Assembly: GCA_016787045.1 (NCBI GenBank)
Contig: JAEUVA010000031.1
Coordinates: 36,634 to 100,633 of the forward strand
From: Chitinophagales bacterium
GTDB lineage: Bacteria > Bacteroidota > Bacteroidia > Chitinophagales > LD1
Direction: 5' to 3'
DNA: 64,000 nt
In this document: positions 60,424-64,000 of the stretch, piece after piece
Layout: every line of letters starts with the position of its first letter
Position numbering within the stretch: position 1 is the first letter of the stretch
Program-made: the position numbers and the translations under genes
The notes under the pieces: generated by a model
Told to the model about the DNA's origin: nothing
The model's input: only the letters and a program-made list of their open reading frames with translations
The model's database searches: none

Positions 60424-60460
60424 ATTTATATTAAGCTAAATTATTCAATTATTAAAAATT

Positions 60461-61753
60461 ATGATACAAGAGTTACTTACAAAAAAGAAAAAATTAGCGG
60501 TGATTGGTCTTGGCTACGTGGGTTTGCCTATTGCTCTGGAGTTTGCGCGCAAAGTTTCTGTGATTGGTTTTGATATCAACCCCAAGCGGGTAGATATGAT
60601 GAAAAACAATATTGACCCGAGCAATGAGTTGGAAGCATCTGCATTTGAGGGAACCGATATACTGTTTACGGCTAACATAGATGACTTGAAAGAAGCCAAT
60701 TTTTTTATTGTAGCAGTGCCCACTCCGGTAGATAAACACAATGTACCCGATTTGAAACCGGTACTCTCTGCCTCTGCCACCATTGGTAAAGCATTGAAAA
60801 AGGGCGACTATGTAGTTTTTGAATCAACCGTTTACCCGGGGTGTACAGAAGAAGATTGTTTGCCGGTGATGGAGCAGATTTCCGGTTTGAGTTTGAAGAA
60901 TGGTGATTTTAAATTGGGTTACTCGCCCGAACGAATAAATCCGGGTGATAAAGAACACACCATTACAAAAATTAAAAAAGTAGTGAGCGGTAGCGATGCC
61001 GAAGCGTTAGATATTATTGCCCGCACATACGAGATTATAGTAACTGCAGGCACGCACCGTGCATCATCTATTAAAGTGGCAGAGGCAGCAAAAATCATTG
61101 AGAACACACAGCGCGATTTGAACATTGCACTAATGAACGAGCTCTCGCGCATTTTTGATTTAATGGGTATCAATACCTACGAAGTGTTAGAAGCGGCAGG
61201 TACCAAATGGAATTTTTTAAAGTTTTATCCGGGTCTTGTAGGTGGTCACTGTATAGGTGTTGACCCATATTATCTTACCTACAAATCTAATGAGTTGGGG
61301 TACAATCCGGAGGTGATTTTAGCAGGAAGAAGAATTAATGATGATATGGGTGCTCACGTAGCCCGAAAGTTGGTTCAGCAACTCATTAAATTGCATAAGC
61401 AGATAGATGCAACAAGAGTGCTCGTTATGGGTGCTACATTCAAAGAAAATGTAAGTGATATACGCAACAGTAAAGTAGTAGATGTTATTGAAGAGTTAAA
61501 GCGATATTCGGTAAATGTTGAAGTAGTGGATCCGCTTGCAGATGCAGAGGAGTTTCATGAAGAATATGGGATTCATTTGCACAAAGAATATGGAAGCGAA
61601 TATGACGCAGTGATTGTTGCTGTAAACCATGAGCAATTCTCTGATTTAGATGACGCTTACTTTGCGAAAATCTTAAAATCAGATGGTATAGTAGTGGATG
61701 TGAAAGGCGATTTGCGCAAAACTATTCAGCAGTTTAAGTATTGGAGTTTGTAA
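60461..61753 (+). CDS. Nucleotide-sugar 6-dehydrogenase, UDP-GlcNAc/ManNAc dehydrogenase class (TviB/WbpA/WecC-like)
   Basis: LAVIGLGYVGLPIALEF, YSPERINPGD and GLVGGHCIGVDPYYL (catalytic Cys). Confidence 0.85.
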   Translation: MIQELLTKKKKLAVIGLGYVGLPIALEFARKVSVIGFDINPKRVDMMKNNIDPSNELEASAFEGTDILFTANIDDLKEANFFIVAVPTPVDKHNVPDLKPVLSASATIGKALKKGDYVVFESTVYPGCTEEDCLPVMEQISGLSLKNGDFKLGYSPERINPGDKEHTITKIKKVVSGSDAEALDIIARTYEIIVTAGTHRASSIKVAEAAKIIENTQRDLNIALMNELSRIFDLMGINTYEVLEAAGTKWNFLKFYPGLVGGHCIGVDPYYLTYKSNELGYNPEVILAGRRINDDMGAHVARKLVQQLIKLHKQIDATRVLVMGATFKENVSDIRNSKVVDVIEELKRYSVNVEVVDPLADAEEFHEEYGIHLHKEYGSEYDAVIVAVNHEQFSDLDDAYFAKILKSDGIVVDVKGDLRKTIQQFKYWSL

Positions 61754-61798
61754 TAATTTAATGGTGAAATTTTGTATTAGTGTTAAAAGGGTAGAGCA

Positions 61799-62866
61799 AT
61801 GAAAATATTAATTACCGGTGGGGCCGGATTTATAGGGTCGCATGTAGTGCGGTTGTTTACTAATAAGTATCCACAGTATTCTATATGCAATTTAGACAAG
61901 CTGACTTATGCCGGCAATTTGGAAAATCTGAAAGATGTAGAGCGAAAGCCCAACTACCAATTTTTTAAAGGAGATATAGTTGACGCAAACTTTATCAGCC
62001 AACTTTTTGAACAAGAAAAGTTTGATGCAGTAATTCATTTAGCAGCAGAAAGCCATGTGGATAGGAGCATTTCAAACCCGTTGGAGTTTGTAAATACTAA
62101 CGTAATAGGCACTGTTAACTTATTGAATGCAGCAAAGCAAACTTGGGCAACTGGTACCCCAAATCCAGCATCTGGCTTTCGCCATCTTTTTTATCATGTT
62201 TCTACTGATGAGGTTTACGGGACATTAGGTGATACCGGAATGTTTACTGAAGAAACTCCATACGACCCACACAGCCCTTACAGCGCATCAAAAGCAGCCA
62301 GCGACCATTTTGTACGGGCTTATCACGATACGTATAAGCTGCCGGTGGTAATTTCTAACTGTAGCAATAATTACGGCCCTAACCATTTTCCCGAAAAACT
62401 GATTCCGCTTTGCATTCACAATATCAAGAGCAATAAACCACTGCCTATTTACGGCAAAGGCGAAAATGTACGCGACTGGTTGTATGTAGAAGACCATGCC
62501 TCTGCCATAGATGTAATTTTTCATACAGCAACCTTGGGCAGCACTTACAATATTGGTGGCCATAACGAATGGAAAAATATTGATGTTATCCGTTTGTTAT
62601 GTAAGATTATGGATAGCAAGTTGGGTAGGCCAGAAGGGACAAGTGAACAGTTGATTACATTTGTAAAAGACCGTGCCGGGCATGATTTGCGCTATGCTAT
62701 TGATTCAACAAAACTGCAACGCGAGTTGAGTTGGCAGCCCTCATTGCAATTTGAAGAAGGTTTAGCGAAAACGGTAGATTGGTACTTGGCCAATGAGAAT
62801 TGGCTGAATAATGTAACCAGTGGCGATTACAAGAAATACTATGAAGAGCAATATGCCAAGCGATAA
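61799..62866 (+). CDS. rfbB: dTDP-glucose 4,6-dehydratase
   Basis: ILITGGAGFIGSHV, VSTDEVYG, YSASKAASDHFVRAY and NCSNNYGPNHFPEKLIP. Confidence 0.92.
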   Translation: MKILITGGAGFIGSHVVRLFTNKYPQYSICNLDKLTYAGNLENLKDVERKPNYQFFKGDIVDANFISQLFEQEKFDAVIHLAAESHVDRSISNPLEFVNTNVIGTVNLLNAAKQTWATGTPNPASGFRHLFYHVSTDEVYGTLGDTGMFTEETPYDPHSPYSASKAASDHFVRAYHDTYKLPVVISNCSNNYGPNHFPEKLIPLCIHNIKSNKPLPIYGKGENVRDWLYVEDHASAIDVIFHTATLGSTYNIGGHNEWKNIDVIRLLCKIMDSKLGRPEGTSEQLITFVKDRAGHDLRYAIDSTKLQRELSWQPSLQFEEGLAKTVDWYLANENWLNNVTSGDYKKYYEEQYAKR

Positions 62867-62867
62867 T

Positions 62868-63860
62868 ATGTTTGATAATAAGTACCACCAGCAAGCACTA
62901 TCAGGGAGGTCATTTCTGATTACCGGAGGTGCTGGTTTTATTGGTTCAAACATAGTAGAGTATCTACTAAAGTATGGAGCCGGTAAAGTGCGCGTGCTAG
63001 ACAATCTTGCTACCGGAAATTATGCAAACATTCAGCCATTCATGAGCCATCCGGCCTTTGAATTTATAGAAGGTAACATTTGCGATTTAGCTACATGCCA
63101 AAAAGCATGTGAAGGAGTTGACTATGTATCACATCAAGCAGCATTGGGTTCTGTGCCACGCAGCATTAAAGAACCTTACAATACCAACAACGTAAATGTA
63201 GGAGGGTTTGTAAACATACTTACTGCAGCCAAAGAAGCTGGGGTACAAAAATTTGTCTATGCTTCTTCCTCTTCTGTATATGGCGATGAAAAAACACTGC
63301 CTAAAGTGGAGAATAAAATTGGTAAGCAATTATCGCCTTATGCGGTTAGCAAATACGCCAACGAGTTGTATGCCGATGTATTTTACAAAGTATATGGAAT
63401 GAAGGTAATCGGCCTTCGCTACTTCAATATTTTTGGCCCCCGGCAAGACCCTAACGGACAATATGCAGCAGTAATACCTCTTTTTGTTTCAAAGATTATG
63501 AAAAAGGAAGAGGTTTTTATTGATGGAGATGGTGAGCAAACTCGCGATTTTACGTTTGTAGAAAATGCGGTACAGGCAAATGTGTTGGCCATGCTTACTG
63601 AAAATGAATTTGCTTCGGGGCAAGTGTATAACATAGCTGTGGGTCAAAATTTTTCTGTCAACCAACTGTACACTGCTATACAACAACTTTTAGGGAGTAC
63701 TCACCAGCCCACTTACCGTGCCCCAAGAGCGGGCGATGTGCGAAACTCACTAGCTGACATTAAGAAAGCAACAACTGCCTTGCAATACAACCCAAAGTTT
63801 GATTTTGAAAAAGGGTTACAGATTACAGTACGATATTTTCAAGATTTGTACAATAAATAA
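62868..63860 (+). CDS. NAD-dependent SDR epimerase, TviC/WbpP-like (UDP-GlcNAc(A) 4-epimerase class)
   Basis: FLITGGAGFIGSN, ASSSSVYGD, YAVSKYANELYA and LRYFNIFGPRQDP. The start was moved to ATG 62868, directly after the rfbB stop. The track start at 62820 would overlap rfbB by 47 nt. Confidence 0.8.
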   Translation: MFDNKYHQQALSGRSFLITGGAGFIGSNIVEYLLKYGAGKVRVLDNLATGNYANIQPFMSHPAFEFIEGNICDLATCQKACEGVDYVSHQAALGSVPRSIKEPYNTNNVNVGGFVNILTAAKEAGVQKFVYASSSSVYGDEKTLPKVENKIGKQLSPYAVSKYANELYADVFYKVYGMKVIGLRYFNIFGPRQDPNGQYAAVIPLFVSKIMKKEEVFIDGDGEQTRDFTFVENAVQANVLAMLTENEFASGQVYNIAVGQNFSVNQLYTAIQQLLGSTHQPTYRAPRAGDVRNSLADIKKATTALQYNPKFDFEKGLQITVRYFQDLYNK

Positions 63861-64000
63861 TGTTCACAGTTATCAATAATTTCGTTTCATACTATGTTAG
63901 GCAGCTAGAGCTTATTGGCGTTGTTATGCGGATTTTTAGTTTTAGCTTAGTGAGTTGGCTTGGCCCCGATAGTCCCTTTATGTTCGTTTGGGTTTTTAAT
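63860..64000 (+). CDS. Possible 5' end of a further gene (hydrophobic N-terminus), truncated by window edge
   Basis: ATG at 63860 overlaps the preceding TAA by 1 nt. The frame is open for 47 codons to the window end (MFTVINNFVSYYVRQLELIGVVMRIFSFSLVSWLGPDSPFMFVWVFN). It is too short to classify. Confidence 0.25.
   Translation, partial: MFTVINNFVSYYVRQLELIGVVMRIFSFSLVSWLGPDSPFMFVWVFN

Noticed and set aside
62820-62867. N-terminal extension of the TviC-like epimerase overlapping rfbB by 47 nt. Similar ORF-track extensions occur at 11296, 12552, 13081, 16905, 17955, 29591, 30227, 33819, 35708, 37717, 39885, 42774, 50886, 50855, 56363 and 56369.
   Set aside because: The extended starts overlap neighbouring genes or terminators, or they precede obvious signal peptides or conserved N-termini. 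Internal ATG/GTG starts give canonical N-termini and tidy junctions.

Overview
This window looks like a compact, mostly housekeeping chromosomal segment of a Bacteroidota genome. The diagnostic signs are three proteins ending in T9SS type-A C-terminal sorting domains, gldC, DUF1573/DUF4476/DUF2147-type proteins, a TTTG-N19-TAnnTTTG promoter and alternative complex III (ACIII). I call about 58 CDS in alternating strand blocks. Most gaps are under 100 nt and several junctions are 1-4 nt start/stop overlaps.

Layout:
- 1-12.5 kb: a respiratory block, actB (5' partial)-actC-actD-actE-actF, then coxII-coxI-cyoE-cox3-like-cox3-cox4, ending at a clean terminator.
- 12.6-16.3 kb: gldC, a DUF2147 protein, a membrane-anchored Neverland/KshA-like Rieske oxygenase, a 42-bp x ~5 tandem repeat array filling the largest intergenic gap, and pgk.
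- 16.3-25.3 kb (minus): three secreted or anchored hypotheticals, an M3 oligoendopeptidase, a DUF5606 protein with a lysine-rich tail, an orphan histidine kinase and an AsmA-like protein.
- 25.4-32.7 kb: a T9SS Lys-C-like serine protease, an LptF/G permease, a START-like protein, def, a lipoprotein and a PlsB-like acyltransferase.
- 32.8-40.5 kb (plus): an RluA-family synthase, YjbR, two lipoproteins (one parallel beta-helix), recQ, two glycosyltransferases and a DUF1573 protein.
- 40.5-47.2 kb (minus): a T9SS protein with an internal 190-aa duplication, an overlapping YfhO-GT4-PIG-L deacetylase operon, and trmH.
- 47.3-56.4 kb: tgt, a membrane protein, a T9SS SBBP-repeat protein, pyrG, ettA, waaA and an OM-like protein.
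- 56.4-64 kb: a nucleotide-sugar precursor cluster (DegT aminotransferase, ugd, UDP-xylose synthase, WbpD-like acetyltransferase, TviB-like dehydrogenase, rfbB, TviC-like epimerase).

I saw no rRNA, tRNA, CRISPR, transposase, integrase, phage or recognisable defence or toxin genes, and no clear-cut novel multi-gene system. The items most worth a second look are:
- the 42-bp helical-phase tandem array upstream of pgk;
- the Neverland-like Rieske oxygenase;
- the GPI-like GT4/PIG-L/YfhO operon;
- the Cys-bracketed His-rich insertion in ActF;
- a recurrent AATGSSCATT motif about 33-42 nt upstream of tgt and pyrG.

All family calls come from motifs read by eye and from memory of the families. No database search was run. 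Several ORF-track starts were moved to internal start codons, with reasons given per feature.
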